Source: Basidiobolus meristosporus CBS 931.73
Lineage: Eukaryota; Fungi; Basidiobolomycota
Length of the DNA stretch: 64,000 bases
Assembly: GCA_002104905.1 (NCBI GenBank)
Contig: MCFE01000137.1
Location: 93,611-157,610 of the forward strand
Direction of reading: 5' to 3'
A program made the translations under genes and the position numbers. Below are positions 40,701 through 54,848 of the stretch, piece by piece; position 1 is the stretch's first letter, and every line of letters begins with the position of its first letter. The notes beneath the pieces are model-generated. The model was given only the letters and a program-made list of their open reading frames with translations, did no database searches and was not told where the DNA came from.

Positions 40701-42132
40701 TATAATTTTGATGGAACACCAGATGAAGGTAGCCACTGCTGCTAATTGGATTTCTTTAAATGCTAAAACATTATGAGAATCAGAACAGCACTGGTGGCAG
40801 CATGGAGTTTGCATCCCTCTTAGCGCTATATCGCGAGCGTGTTCAGGAAGATTCAGGTTGCTAGGCACCGTTGTGAATAATATTCAGATGCCACGGAGTT
40901 TGTGAGATAATTATGCTTCATATCCATGTAAGTATTGTGGCAAATTTAAGGTGAACCAGCCAGCTTTTGTTGTCGATACAAATATCAAGAGTTAATATGC
41001 ACAAGCTTACTTTTATAGGAAATGATTAAATTCCCGTAGCAATCGTTACCCTGCAAATATTAATGTACGACCACAATCACCGATTTTTCTTGACTGCCAA
41101 CAAGGAATTTTTCAGATGTTTGTGCCAGAAGATGAACCGCAGATACCTATTCCTCGGTGACTAATTTACCTCATCCCCGCTTTTTGTTCATGAGAATAGG
41201 TGGCTTGATATGAATCCCACCATTTCCTTACATTCGATGCATGTCTAATTGATGCCAAAAAGTCAATGCAAGCATCGTTTCAAAACTCAACTAGCAGATC
41301 AAACATGCATTACTCGAAATGAGATGAGACATGTTAACATATCTATCATGATCAGCCAAGTAGCATCTTATATGCCTCCTAGACATACCACATCTTCTTT
41401 TGACAGTGAATCAAAAGCCCAAGACTTCAGTGATGCATTCCGATTTTAAAGGTGCACAGCCTGTTTTTGAAACCGATGAGTGGCACAGTTATATATTATT
41501 AGAAATGGTTTCTACATACCAGACAGGAATACCATCCTTTGTGAGAAAAGTGTATTGAATTTATCATTGGATATTAAAAGGCTATCACCTAATAGTGTAC
41601 TTTGCCTTTTGGTTTCTAAATATCACAATATGTAAGGTGCTGTGGATGAGAGCTTCCTTCCAATGTATACAGACTCTACCTCTGGAGTATTTGTGATACA
41701 TCTATTCTCAGATTCCAAACTGACTCTTCACTGCAGTATGCCATGGGCAACCAAATGGAAAGTCTTTTAGCCACCATGTGCACTGGCGTGACATTGGCCA
41801 CTGTTGAAGGGATCTAATAAAAGTACACCAAAGTGGTATTGGTTACCAACATTTCAAGTCATCAATGCATGAGCTTCTGATTTATTAAGTGCCACTCTAT
41901 TGTCTAGATGATGTTTTTGGTAATTCACCCGACAGAGTTTACCAGTTCGGAAAGTTATCCAAGATTTCCACAATTGAGATTTAAAAAGTAATTAACTACG
42001 CAGAGAGCTGAGCACAATTTGTTGACAGGCGGGTATCAAGATACAAATGGAAAAAAAGTAACAGCCTCTTAAAACAACTCTGGAGGTGGATTTGCGTAAT
42101 TTGGCACTTTGAAGATTCCTAGACACCCAAAA

Positions 42133-42795
42133 ATGACCATCACCATAATCCGTTCGTTACCTGACTTTCAACAACCAAACGAGTCGACAGATGAAGCAGC
42201 CGTGATTCTTCGCTACTCACAACCAGATACTACCATGCTACTTTCCCCTGAGGTCCCTTCAGGAACCTTTGGTAAAGGAACTATATATGTGACAGAAAGG
42301 TAATTTCCGCATGTACTTTACTTTACTTACAACCACGACTTACGCCGTTGAACGATTTTCCTAGTCAGGTATATTTCTTTTCTCCTGAAACCAGCACCGG
42401 TCTAGCAATTGAGTACCCCAGCATAGTGATGCATGCTGTGTCTCGAGAGGAAAGCAGCGGTAGCTGTGTTTATTGCCAATTGAGCGACAGCATCCACCAA
42501 CTGTTTATCCAAGCGAGCCAGGGGCAAAACGGGGAGAACGAGGAAGACGAGATCGACGACGACTTCACTGAACTCAGATTCGTACCAAATGATGCTGGTG
42601 CCGGTGAGTAGTGGTGGTTTCTTTACTCCTGCTTAACTCTATTTCCTAAACAACTTTGTGATAGTGGATGCTATTTTTGAAGCGATGTCAGAGTGCGCTG
42701 CGCTACATCCCGATTTTGTCGATGAGGAGGAATTCTATGAAGACGATGAAGAGATGCTGGAAGAAGGCCAGTTTGATGACGCACCTGAGAACTGA
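42133..42795 (+). CDS. ICln/Voldacs-domain protein (CLNS1A/Lot5 family), 3 exons
   Basis: GKGTIYVTE|SQVYFFS...GLAIEYPSIVMHAVSR...CVYCQL...TELRFVP...|VDAIFEAMSECAALHPD plus an acidic tail; GT-AG introns. Confidence 0.88.
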
Positions 42796-44491
42796 GGAGT
42801 ACCGTCCACATCTACCGTAGAATTCTACTTTTGGGCATAAGTTCTCTTCGTAATCATGCTATCAGTAGTGTCAATGTCCGGTGCTTTTGTGGTTGAAATT
42901 TTAGTACAATAATAATATTCAAGTAGTTGGTAAAACCAATACAACCAATCGATATTGACATTTTTTGCTTGATAAGCTGATTATCATAGAAATGTATTGT
43001 CCTAGCTTATGAAACCTGTTTCCAATCCACAGTTAATACCTGATTGAGTTGTGGATCAAGGAAAAAAGTGTTGCGACCCACAGAGGCAGTCGATAGTTAT
43101 TGCTCAATCCTCGAGTGCAAAAGGATATAGCTGGGGAATATGTGCGAGATCCTGAACGATAACGTATTACAAATGATGTGTGCAAATCATGGTAACTGTC
43201 ACAGTCTTAAACGTGACATGACTATTGCTAAATCTAAATCATTAATATCCTTACAGTGGCGTGTTTTGCTGCACTGAATACACGTCTGTATTGTGTAAAT
43301 ACAGGATTGGAGCTGTGCTTATAGGTACTCAAAGCGATGTAATCCGTAGTGTTAACTACCATCAGCCTGATATATCACATCTGCAGAGTAGCCGTTAGAA
43401 GCCGGTTGATTGAGACAAGAGTCATCGTGATGTTACGCAATTTCACGGCTGTATAAACGAATTCTCCGATGATGGTGGCACAGTGTTTCAAACGGAGCGT
43501 ATACATTTGTCAAGGTGTTTACCGCAGACCGGCTAATAGAAAAAAATTACCTCCTGCTACCGTTGTGGCATTTCAACAGGTGTGTCAGGGCACAATCTTT
43601 AATTATGACTGCTCTACGGCGAAACTGATATTCAAGGTTTCTCCAACAGCCATTTCAAGATTCCATGTAGAGAGATTGGCATGGCCTTTGAGCAATGTGT
43701 CTTAAACCGGCTGTTTTCATTGGATCCCGCCCACTTCAAGTGACCAAACTCTCAAAGACCGGTGGCTTCGATTAATATGACCTTTGTGGCAGGTTGGCTC
43801 TACTTGAGACTCTGCATTGTTGAATTCTAGGGAATAATGTCGTGGTAATCTAGATAATCGGGATCTAACCTCGCTGATGATTGTGAATTTACAACCAGCC
43901 AACAGGTTAGCCCACCAAGTATTAGCGGCCACCAATGCCAGTTCCCCATTGTTGAGGAGTGAAAGGTGTGCTGCTAGTCCGGCGCTTGTTCCCGAGGTGA
44001 CGCCCCAGTGCTCGCTCATAGTTGCAGAATTTACATCAATATTGAGTATGAAGTAGCTTGAACACGGGCCACTTCACGGTATTTTTCCCATCAACATCTA
44101 CGAGATCGCAGATCCAAGTTGTCGATTAAGTTGACTCTGATGTATGCAGTAGCTAGGCTGGTACAAAAATGATGGAAATTAGCTACGCCAGGTTCTTGTT
44201 AAATAATATGATAATTTCTCAATAAATTTATATGGATGTGAAACGAGCCTCGTTTTACCTTAGGTGGTGCGAACTCAGTAGGTTTCACCAGAGCAATTGT
44301 CGAGTCCTTGGATTTCCGAATCACTCTCTACCCAAGCGGCTTCATATTTCTTTATAAATGGCCGATATGCTCAGGGGAGTCTTGATTGGCGGCTGTTTTG
44401 TCGCGTACCTTTACCGTGCTCCTACTTTACCATTGCTATTACATCGTTGTTGTATACTTAAAGAGCATTTTACTTCCCCACACCCAAGACC

Positions 44492-45449
44492 ATGTCGGCA
44501 TTGACTTCACAATCTGACACGGTCTTCAAAAACAACATTCAGTTCATGATTAGTTCCTTCGCACTACCAATAGCGATAAGCAATACATACCATGGCATCA
44601 AGATGTGTAGAGGACGTCAACCTCTCATCTACAAACTTAATCTTCTTCAGGCTACTTTGTTGTTGATCAATAGCTGCTGTATGCTCTTGATAATGTTGGA
44701 GCTCGGCTGGAACTGCCATACTCAATTTCTCCTTTATAACTTCACTTCCTTCATATCCATCGCTGCCATCAACGCCATGCTCTACCTAAAAGCTTATTCT
44801 GCCACATACATGATAAAGGCGGTGGCAGTCGTATGTTTGTTATTGAAGATATTTCACCTGTTTTGTATTATCCAGTTATCAAAGTACGGCCAGGTGAGTC
44901 GTAGCACCTACGGTGCTTGCCAAATGAGTCTGCCGAGTGCTTGGATGATTGGCCTAGTAAGCTCCGAGGCAGTTATAGTGTTGTTTTTATGCGGACTCTT
45001 TATCCGCGTTATCTATACACAATGGCAAGTCAAACGTCGAGGAATCTATGCTTCTCTTATGAAGGACGGGATCTATTTTTCCTTGAGTATCTGCGCCTCT
45101 GTACTAATTATCACTACCCTACAACTCTTGGGGCTAATTGGGGCGTGGGAGCTGCTGCTCTTCGGTTGTAAGTGGACAATTTACTTGGCATGGGCCCTGA
45201 TCGATTTTCACTAACATTGAATAATTACATATAGGGATCATTAACTCAAAGCTAATGACCGAGCAGATGAAGCGCTCTTATGCTTGGCGAGAAGAGCGCC
45301 GCCGTATCGAGCAGGCCGTTTTAGATCCCGACCGAATGGAAGACGGTCGCAGCGGTGAGCTTGGGAATGAAGCCGTCGAAATACCCGCAGAAGTTATTAT
45401 TCAGCCCATCAAAGAGGACACCTTGCTTGAGAATGCGTCAGCAACTTGA
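44492..45449 (+). CDS. Orphan multi-pass (about 6-7 TM) membrane protein, paralog 1; intron 45168-45234
   Basis: Repeated hydrophobic segments. The intron GTAAGT...CACTAAC...TAG splits a Trp codon and joins the 45255-45449 ORF. Homologous to 58546-59448. Confidence 0.8.
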
Positions 45450-45965
45450 TGCTTGTTAGAACGGTATTCATCAACTCAATATTAAGAAATGCGCCAGTAC
45501 TATATTTTCTTCAGAGGCCTGGTGCGCTGCCGAGATTATGGCTGCAAAGAAATGACTCAACCAGCTTGGACGGAATCATCCGGTCTGTCCGACCGCGCTG
45601 ACATACAGTACTGCAAAGCTTCGCGTTGGATCGGATGCCATGGATGGGGCATCAATGCAGCTTTCATCGCCGTTCTTTCATATCTAGCGGCACATCTCAT
45701 TGTCAACATTAGTTGCTTTAGTGTTCTTGCTACTTTGATCAAGTAAGCACTAATTGTTTATTTCTTTGTACAGTCTTCAGCATTTTCCATGTACATTGAA
45801 GTTCATGTTAATAACGCCTTACATACTGTGTTCCAAATATCTTGATTGCATCGTATTGCCATGCCCAATTTTATAGAATCCACCACAGCTTTGCTACATG
45901 TTAATAAATATAAATAAAACCCCACCAAGATTGTATGTTTATGTTTGAGAATACGTTGCGCTCGC

Positions 45966-47420
45966 TCATTGCTGAATTACTAGTTGATAAGGCTTCCTGG
46001 GCGACACTTCCCTGTATCTTTGGTATGCTTCCCAAGTTGGAGAACCAGGTTTTCTAAAATCGGCCAGAATTGTTTGCCAGCTTTCTGTACTTAAATTTTC
46101 AACCTTGTAAGCGGTAGATGCCACATATTCTACATCGTACATGAGCCGCCCTTCTCTGTTAGCTCGATCCAAATCCACGTAGTACTGGGTATAATCAGAT
46201 ATTTGACCAATAGCCTGCGCTTGGTCCGTGCGCGAAACATAGCTTAATTTACGCATTGCTGGGTTTCGAAAAGGAATGATGCTAGGTGCGGTGTAGATGA
46301 TTCCAAGAATGCTTTCAGTGCCCGGGTGAGAGCTAGGCATATGATCACTAAGATTATTGATCCCGTACTCATTCATGGCAGAGAAAACGTAGGAAATACT
46401 GTCCACTAGATCGTAACATAAAACATTAGAGTCGTAAATGGATCGGATATCATATTGCTTCACATAGTCACCATTGGTATGTCCAAAAAAGCTTGCAAGG
46501 ACTATATCGGAGTGTTTCCCAAGTAGATATGCAAATTTCCTATGGCAACTCTCGTAGTATGCAATGTTTCCTTGCGCATCGTGGGGAGGGATGTGTCCGA
46601 TTATATATACTTTGGTATTGTCAACTATTGCTGTCTCTAGAATCCTCTGTAACCAAAGTAGCTGCTTTAGACCAGGCGAGTTAGACCCGTCCTCGCAGCC
46701 TAGGACTTCCCGGTTCTTCTTGTAGAAAAAGTTTGTGTTCAAACTGATAACTTCCAATCTACCAGGTATGATTGTGGCGGTATAATACCCTCCCTTCAAA
46801 AAAGATTCGTCAAGCTTCAAGCCTAGACTTTTCCATAGAGCGAGAAGGGTAGATAATTCTTGAGACGGGCCTTCTTTTACTTGATCGTACATGAATGGAT
46901 CGACATTTCCAAAAGCAGGTATAACTTTTACCTTGTTCAAGTCAAAGGTTTTGTGGAAATATTCGGTCACACGTTGGTGATCATATATTACGTCCTGCGA
47001 CGTCCGTGCTTTTCCAGGATCCCGATCGTGGCGCACACTATCCCCAGTGTAGAGAACAAAGTCAATGTCTTGATGCTGCTGCTTTAAGTATTCGAAGCTA
47101 GATTCCACAAGTGCCACAGGCGCATCACAGAGCGAGCCCAAAGTTCCAAAGGTTTGGGCAAGAGCCCCTGAATCAGAAGCCCTATGACAGAACTGAGTAA
47201 CTGAAGCATTCGTTCGGTATGTTGGATCAAAGTGAATATCTGTATAAACATTATTATAAGCCCCATACATACTAACAAAGAATCAGTGACTTGTACCTGT
47301 TAGATGAAGGAATTTACCGAAATATTTGCGTGGCTCAGCACCCCCACATAAGACAGTGGCAGGAGCTATGCAGAGTGTGAATAGTAATAACCTTAAAGCG
47401 ATAGATTGTCGAGAAGACAT
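45966..47420 (-). CDS. Calcineurin-like metallophosphoesterase of the endopolyphosphatase Ppn1 / acid sphingomyelinase-like family
   Basis: N-terminal hydrophobic leader, then FLHLT|DIHFDP, YTGDSVRHD, FGNVD, IIGHIPP, FFGHTN, APSIIPFRNPAMR, QYYVDL, EY. Confidence 0.88.
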
Positions 47421-50044
47421 TACACATACTATCAGCAGAGGTGTCAAGGGGAGTGGATGTTGTCAGCTCACTTGCTATATTGTTTCTATGTGCCCAGGTG
47501 ACTCAACCCTTGATCATCGTAATACATTAAAGTAGTTGACATCATCAAATCGTCAAGTCATAGCAAGGCCAGTCAAATCTACGATTGGCATTATCATAGA
47601 TTCCCACCGAAGAGCAAGAAATGAATCCAAACTTGATGTTATGGAAGTGCGAGGTTTGAGATCTCAGCGCTAAATTGAAGAACACCTGCTGCTGCTATAT
47701 CCCACTTTGCTGTAACTTAGTGTCAAATGATATTGCATCAATGCCAGGTTGAATACGCACCTTGATCATCTAGCTTCCATTTCCTAATAACGCTAATCGA
47801 TAAATGAATCAACAGAATTTGTAAAAGACGTTTCATTTATAGTACTTTCTCAAAGCTAAAGTATACAACAAGAAGGACAAGGCTATACAGTGCTCTACGC
47901 GTATTTTACGCTCTGAATAACATTATCATTATTGACTTCGACACTGAGTCTATCGGGCATAAAATCCATTGTGAACATCGACGACGGAGTAATGATGCGA
48001 TGAAATTCAGGGAGCTCACTCTTCGTGACAACCTAAAAATAGGTTAGATAGGTAAAGAAGGCGGAAATTACATGCGATCAACTGAAAAAATACCTTATTA
48101 CGGTCTAGTGTATCCTCGTGAACTGCATTACTATCTACCAGCTTCTTCCCAAGTAATTTTTGTTCCCACTCTGTAGCGTCTTTAAGTTGATCCATGGCTG
48201 ATTTTAATTTGAAAGCGCATGTCGAGGCCGTTTATATATGCCCAAACGAAATACGTAATTTGATGACATCACGTAAAATGTATGTAATTGATTGATCTAA
48301 ATTGGCAATATTACACATAACTCATCGAACATCAAACGATCATTTCGGCTTTGATATTCGATATATTTCAATAGTGATTAACCCTCAGGGTGGAGATTCC
48401 AAGCAACTCTCGTCGCTTCAAGTCATGGTATCTACGGATGGAACCACTGTAGTAACGTGGGTATGGGGTGACGAGTGAATTACGTGTTCCACGCCCTTAT
48501 TTTTCTGAACATTCGGGCCGTTTTCAGCACTCCTATGGTGCGTGCTGCGGGCTGGCTTGCTGCTAAAAGAACTTCGTCAGCTCGGAATATGGTAGGATTT
48601 CTGAACGCTGCAATATACTCAACCGGAAATGGGGGTGCTGATATACCGCGTGGATAAGCAGAAACTGGCACTAGTATTAATGAGATTGCAAATAGATACG
48701 GTCCATATGCATTGACTCAGGGTTAGGGAAATTTCATATCAGTTGAAGAGTGAAGTACACCTCGTGGGTGTGCTGGTGTCCGCGATGATTCTGGAACACA
48801 CATTTTCGTGCTGATGCCAGGAAGCGACAACCATAACTGCTTTGATGTACTGTGTGATACAAGTCTAATGACTATACTAGAATGCACTGTGTACTATGAA
48901 TGCGTTCCAAATCACATGTATAGCTGACTCACCGTCCGCATCAAACCCAATACATTGATATGAGAAGACATCAGGCTCATTATCATGTATAGCTGCTTCA
49001 TGAATCATAGGTCAATACCTCCCTGATTGAAGGAGTATCACTTGCCGTTTCAGGTTGGCTTATGGACTTGTTTCTAAGGTAACAGGTCACTGAGAATTCG
49101 GAAACACAAATCTGTGTTCATGGGACTAAACTATAACTCTGCACCTCATTTATCGCCTGGCTTTTGATGACCATATTGGAGTGGTATCGGGGAAATGGAG
49201 GAGAGCCGACACAATCACACACCCCTATTGGTTGGCAAAGCAAGTTCTCCAAGTCGAGGGTGATAAGAAATGTGAGCTTCTGGGGTTAGGCCAAATTGGT
49301 GTTGCATATATGCAATCCAAGCGAGTTCCGAGTTGTACAACTGAAACCGAAAACGCTGTGTTTCTAACCCCTTAATGCACAGTTGATTCGGAGTATCAAC
49401 TCGATTTCACATGACAGAGCGCAAGGCGACCCCAGCCAGTGCGCTTAGTTGCGATCTAATCTAATCCGATAGTTTCCAGTGACCTCTGAAATCAACTATT
49501 TTGCGTGTGCGTCCAGTAGTAGTGTCCATATTAGAAATCCCTCGGTTGATTTTCGCAGTGTGCTACTGTGTTTTATCTCACTCATCACTGATGTCCATTC
49601 CTTTTTATGGCCAATGGTAAGATTCATTTATTTGTTAACAGTTACTAGATGGGCGCGGTACTGCTTGAGCTTGCTATATGCGAATTCTGAGTTATTATCG
49701 AGTACCATCATAGATCTTCCTTTTATACACGGGTGCTAGGTTTCCAGGAGAATCTAGCGACTTGCTCTACTAATTCGCCCATTAAACTATGGTTGACGAA
49801 ACTCTTCCATATTAATCAATCGAGAAATATGTTACTGGCTCTCCTTAACCTGAAAACCAATTGTTGCATAATAGAATTTGAATTCATTTGACAGATCGGA
49901 TGAATATTCCACCAAGATCTTTTCGATTCTAATTGAGAATGATCTTAACCTTGGTTTAAAATCAGTTCAACTTCTTACTGCTTTTCCTTGATTGACCTTT
50001 GAGCCTTTAGCTCAAATTCACTTCCTCCTTCCCGTATTGTTTTG

Positions 50045-51594
50045 ATGAATTACACACAACAGGAGCAAGGTCTAATTGTCCATCCGTCGGATTCCCTTCC
50101 CACGAATCCTGGACATCCGTACTTTGAAATGAGAGACGTTGATAGCGTTGGTGCTCAGATACGTCAACAGCTCACAAACTTTCATGCTACTATAGCTTCG
50201 CACATTGCGGTTGAAATGCGCTCCTTACACGACCGCATTGGTGCAATTGAGGGAAAACTCGACGAGCTTATGACTAATGACTCTCGTACTCTACAGATGC
50301 GGCTCTCTGATATCGAGAATAAATTAAGTGAAATTACGTATTCACAACCTCCAAAAAATAGCACAGGGTCGGTTGGAAACGGACCTGCTTCCTCAGGCAT
50401 CATCAATGATGGCGGTATTGTGACTAGTGGATCTGATTCCAATTTACTGATTGGAATTCCGCAAACCCCAGCTTCACAAACTAGACTAGGTGTAAATGTG
50501 TCGAGGCTAAACCAAACCCCAACACCGTTGACTCCTTCAACCACCGGAACCAACAGCTCAGAGCAAAGCCCTGCAAGTTTGGCTCAAAGTGGGATGATGA
50601 TGCCTATTGTTGCACATTCTGGGAGAGAGTCCTTAGTATCACAATTGCCGTCGGAAGAAAGTGCCAAAGTAAAAGTGCTACTAAGGCAGTTTGCGGGTAA
50701 AGCAATGACATACATCGAGCAAAATGCTCCGGCATATGTCAATGTCAACAATCACGTTGGAGGTACGTTTGTATGAGTTGTCCATTGTATTCCTTCTTTT
50801 ATTGAGTAACTCCTGTTATTCTAGCTATTACTACCATGAAGCGTTTTGATATTTATGATTCTGCCATCTGGGATCAATTTGTGGAAACAAATTTTCCTCA
50901 TATTTCTAAACCTGACCTTAAAGATGAGCTTGTGAAGATTGTCAGTGTAAAGGTTAAGAACACAAAAGCAAGATACAAAAAGGTAAAGTTATTTTGACTT
51001 GTGCGGTCGAATTATCTTCCTGATCAAACAATATTTTCAGAGAGCGTCAAATTCCCAGCATTCTCAGCTTAATCAGCAATTACAACTTACGGATCCTATG
51101 TCTGAGGTTTGCTGAACCTATTGATTCTACGCTACACTCGATATCTCACACATTCTTATTAGAGTGAAGCAAGTCCATCACCCAAAAGGCTATGCTCGAC
51201 GCCAACTGGGCTGAATGACAATGAGCTACTGGTACAACAACCAGTACAAATTCCCCAGTCCCATATTCATACCCTTCAACAAACATCCAATCAGCAACGC
51301 ACCCCCGGTCTCTCTACGCAGTTGCATACACACCAACAACTGCAGCGGCAAACAATCCAACAATTTCAGCTACAGCAACACCAACTACGCCAACAGCAAA
51401 TGCAGCAGCTGCAACACCAACTCCCACATGTTAATGGGGTATGTTGATTTACGATGGAACTAGAGTTGCTCGGAAAGTTAACTGGCTTTATTTAGGATGG
51501 AGCTGATCAAACCCTGAGCAACCTGGGTATACATCAGCATTCTCATGCCCAAGAAAGCGGTCTGAACGATGGTACTTTTCTACTGCCAGTCTGA
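50045..51594 (+). CDS. Putative nuclear regulator: coiled coil, S/T-rich linker, BEN-like helical domain and polyQ; about 5 exons
   Basis: The ORF continues through GT-AG introns (near 50763, 50984, 51107 and 51439) in one consistent frame. Heptad segment LHDRIGAIEGKLDELM...LSDIENKL. The domain call is inference. Confidence 0.65.
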
Positions 51595-54500
51595 TCACGT
51601 CTCCTTTCGCTCACTTGTAAGCTGGCAAGTATGCTCCATTCCACTACATTCATATACATATATATCTACACGTCCCCGTAGTGCAAAGAGATGAAGCGTG
51701 TACCCATAATCCTGATTGTGATTTTTGAATCCCTTTGAAGCTCTATTTCTTCTTAGTTTTTTTTATCACATTTATTACCGACTTTCTGCCACCGTTCCCA
51801 GTGTATTAATATCGCTTTATCACACTTGTTCATTCAGCAACCTTTAAACTCCTTCATTTCCTTTCCCGAATGGAAGATCATTTTATGTTCTATTCTTTCC
51901 TTACGCCAGTCAACTTCCTCTCGCTATCCTCTATATCTCTTCACACACGATCGACTACTCTTACATTGTACGACTCTGTCCAGCAAATGCGAACAGCAAG
52001 CCACATACACTCTCATACATATACACATACATATATATGTGTGTTCACAAAGACAATCGCTCGAAGTGGGTAACACTGGTACCATAGGATATCACATAAC
52101 ACAACAAAGATCCTGTTGAATACTTCGTCAGTTCTAAACTCTTTCCTACTTGCGTTTTCTGTTAAGTCGATTCGAGTATTGGTAATATATGTAAATACTT
52201 GTAAGCTTTGTTCTATCATAAAATCTGATCTGGTTGTTATTGCAAGTGATTTCATTTTGCACTGCGTAAGTGGCATCCACGAGAAGCACTGGGCCAAGTG
52301 GGTACTCCAATCAGCTCACATTTCACGCGACTGCTTTCGCTTTCAAACAAATTAGGCAGTGTCAGTAACCAAACCATATGTGTACGCGAAGTCTAAATAA
52401 ACCCATGGTAAGCGTAACACATGAATTACATAATCATGGGAATTCGCCTTGACTAAGTGGCAATGCGCCGACTAGACAGCGGAAAAACGGGAATTTATAT
52501 TTGATTGCGTTGGTGTACAATCAACAGATCGCTCAAAAGAATGTCTGATTCGAGAAGGTCCGAGTATCCAAAGTACGATGCCAGTTAATCAAAGAATTCC
52601 TCTCACCGGTGTCTATCGTCCACATGACACTTGTGTATCTGTATACTAGGTGCAATGGATGATGCCAGACGGGACTCATCGTGTGAGCCACCCGAGGATC
52701 TCAATTGCTGCCCATACTTGGCTTTTCAAATGGTGGTCCAAGGTACATCCCATTTTCTTCTTTATTCCAGTTTGGAGGGTAGGAGATGATTGCTGAATGA
52801 CTATCTTTGAGACATCAACTGCTGGATTGTTTCAGCTCGAATCTCATTCCTATCATTCTTTGAGGCATTCACCAATAGCCATACCCACATTCGGCTCGAG
52901 TCATGGGAGAAAGTAATGGAGTGGATGGTTTCCCTTTGGAATACGCCAGAGTTGATGTGGCTCGAAGCAACTTCTGAATGGAACAAGTGTTGTGGTATCG
53001 AGGTTAATGATTTAGTGGTACTTGCAGTTATTAACTTATTTCAGCGATTCCGTGAATATGATTTGCCAGGAAGGAAACTTGTTCCAAGGCGGTAGAACAG
53101 TACACACTGTCGTACCAATCACCAAAGGGAAAGGCTGCACAAACCATTGATTTGTAGAGGATTGGGGGCTCTTTCCTAACCATGCTTACAGTTAGACGGT
53201 GGGTCGGGCCCATTGATGATTTGCCGAAATGAGCCAGTTTATCATGCAAATCTCTGTCATTGATGCATATAATAATAGACGAAAGGTCAGAACTTATGGG
53301 CTGTACACTGATTGAATCAAATCCACGCCTGGGCGTAAACTATTGTTGACAAAGTCACCATGGTGAATCACTTATTAAAAAAGAACGCAATCCTTGTGTG
53401 GCTGGGCTCTTAAACCGATTTCCTACAATTACAATGTGCAGGTCATGTATGGATCCTAAGGCGTGCGATCGCAGTTACCAAGGTACAAAGCGCATGCAGT
53501 ATACATCATGGACTGTGCTCTTTGCCTACAGCTGTGGAGCGTCGGGAGAAGCTATCTGTAGTACAGCAATGGATCCCATATCGGTAAGCTTTTGAAATGC
53601 ACCTATGATTTGACGGACAAGATACTAACCCACACAATTGCATACACGGTTACTCATAAAAGCTGGTATGATAAGAGTATAAGCTAGGGCCGCTGCTGAA
53701 AATAACAAGTATGCCATGGAGTGCATTCTTGGCTTCCATTTTCCGCATACATGCATCTGTGTTCCCGTAGGTTGGTAAAAGCTGGGAGTACGATGGTTGC
53801 TCGGTTTATCAGTGGGAGAAATCAGCATCCACGCTGACACCCGCATTTCGAGCGATGCTTGAGAATGCCCCATGCGACCCCTCTTCTCAACTGTACAAGC
53901 CAAATGCTAGCCTAATTAAATGCTAGCTGTTCAGCTCCTAAAAGGCCAATGAATAGATGGGCCACGCTTACCCTATATTGGTTGAAATCAGATGGACGAA
54001 CTAGGCGCTATGTAGGACTCTACTATGATCTCCGTGAGTGGTGTAGACACATCCATACCATGTTCAGCGCTGGCCCTCGCCCTGCCTGCCATTTGCCCCT
54101 GATGAGATCACAGGCTTTGGTGCTGATTGGAGTGGTGTGAGAGTATCTTCCAGAACATAGGTGATCACATTGTGAAAGAGCTCAAATACAGATACTCTCA
54201 CCAACATTTTCTCAAAGCCAGCTAAAACCCCGGTTCCAACCTGAAATCCAAAACCTGTCCATTGAATTTTCATTATTCATGAATACAGTTGGCCAATAGT
54301 CATCGGTCCTCACTTTACGTTTAGGTGGAAGCAGCATCACGGAAAATTTCCTGGATTTTATTAGCGGGTTTGCAAGCGTATTTTAGTTGACCAGCTGCTG
54401 CAACAATAGTAAAATCCAAATAAGGCATAGATGACTACGAAAATCAGGTCAGAGCTCAGTTGACTTGCATCACATGACCACTACCAACCATAACCGACCA

Positions 54501-54848
54501 GGACTGCGGGTTGGTATAGGTGTGACTGTTATGGAGTGAAACAAATTAGAAATGATTTCAAATTAAGATTCAAGCCTCTCTCAAAGGGACAATGTGGAAC
54601 CCAGGTTTTAATCGTTTAATCAAGGGTCAACCGCTGCAAAATCGAGCCTCTTGGTTTTTACATTCCCGTCCTTTATAAGCGATCAGATATTTCCCATTGC
54701 TGAGTTGTGCAAAGAAACACCTGCCACTTCTTGAATTTCCTGTTGAATCCTTTGCTGTGAAAGTCACCACGACGCTTCGAAGATTCGCTATTCACCTTGA
54801 CCATCAAATACCGTAAATACACATCTGCTGTTATCTTTATTTCTCATA

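Noticed and set aside
43480-44019. Minus-strand 100-aa ORF with possible read-through
   Set aside because: No recognisable domain or splice signals, so it cannot be supported as a gene.
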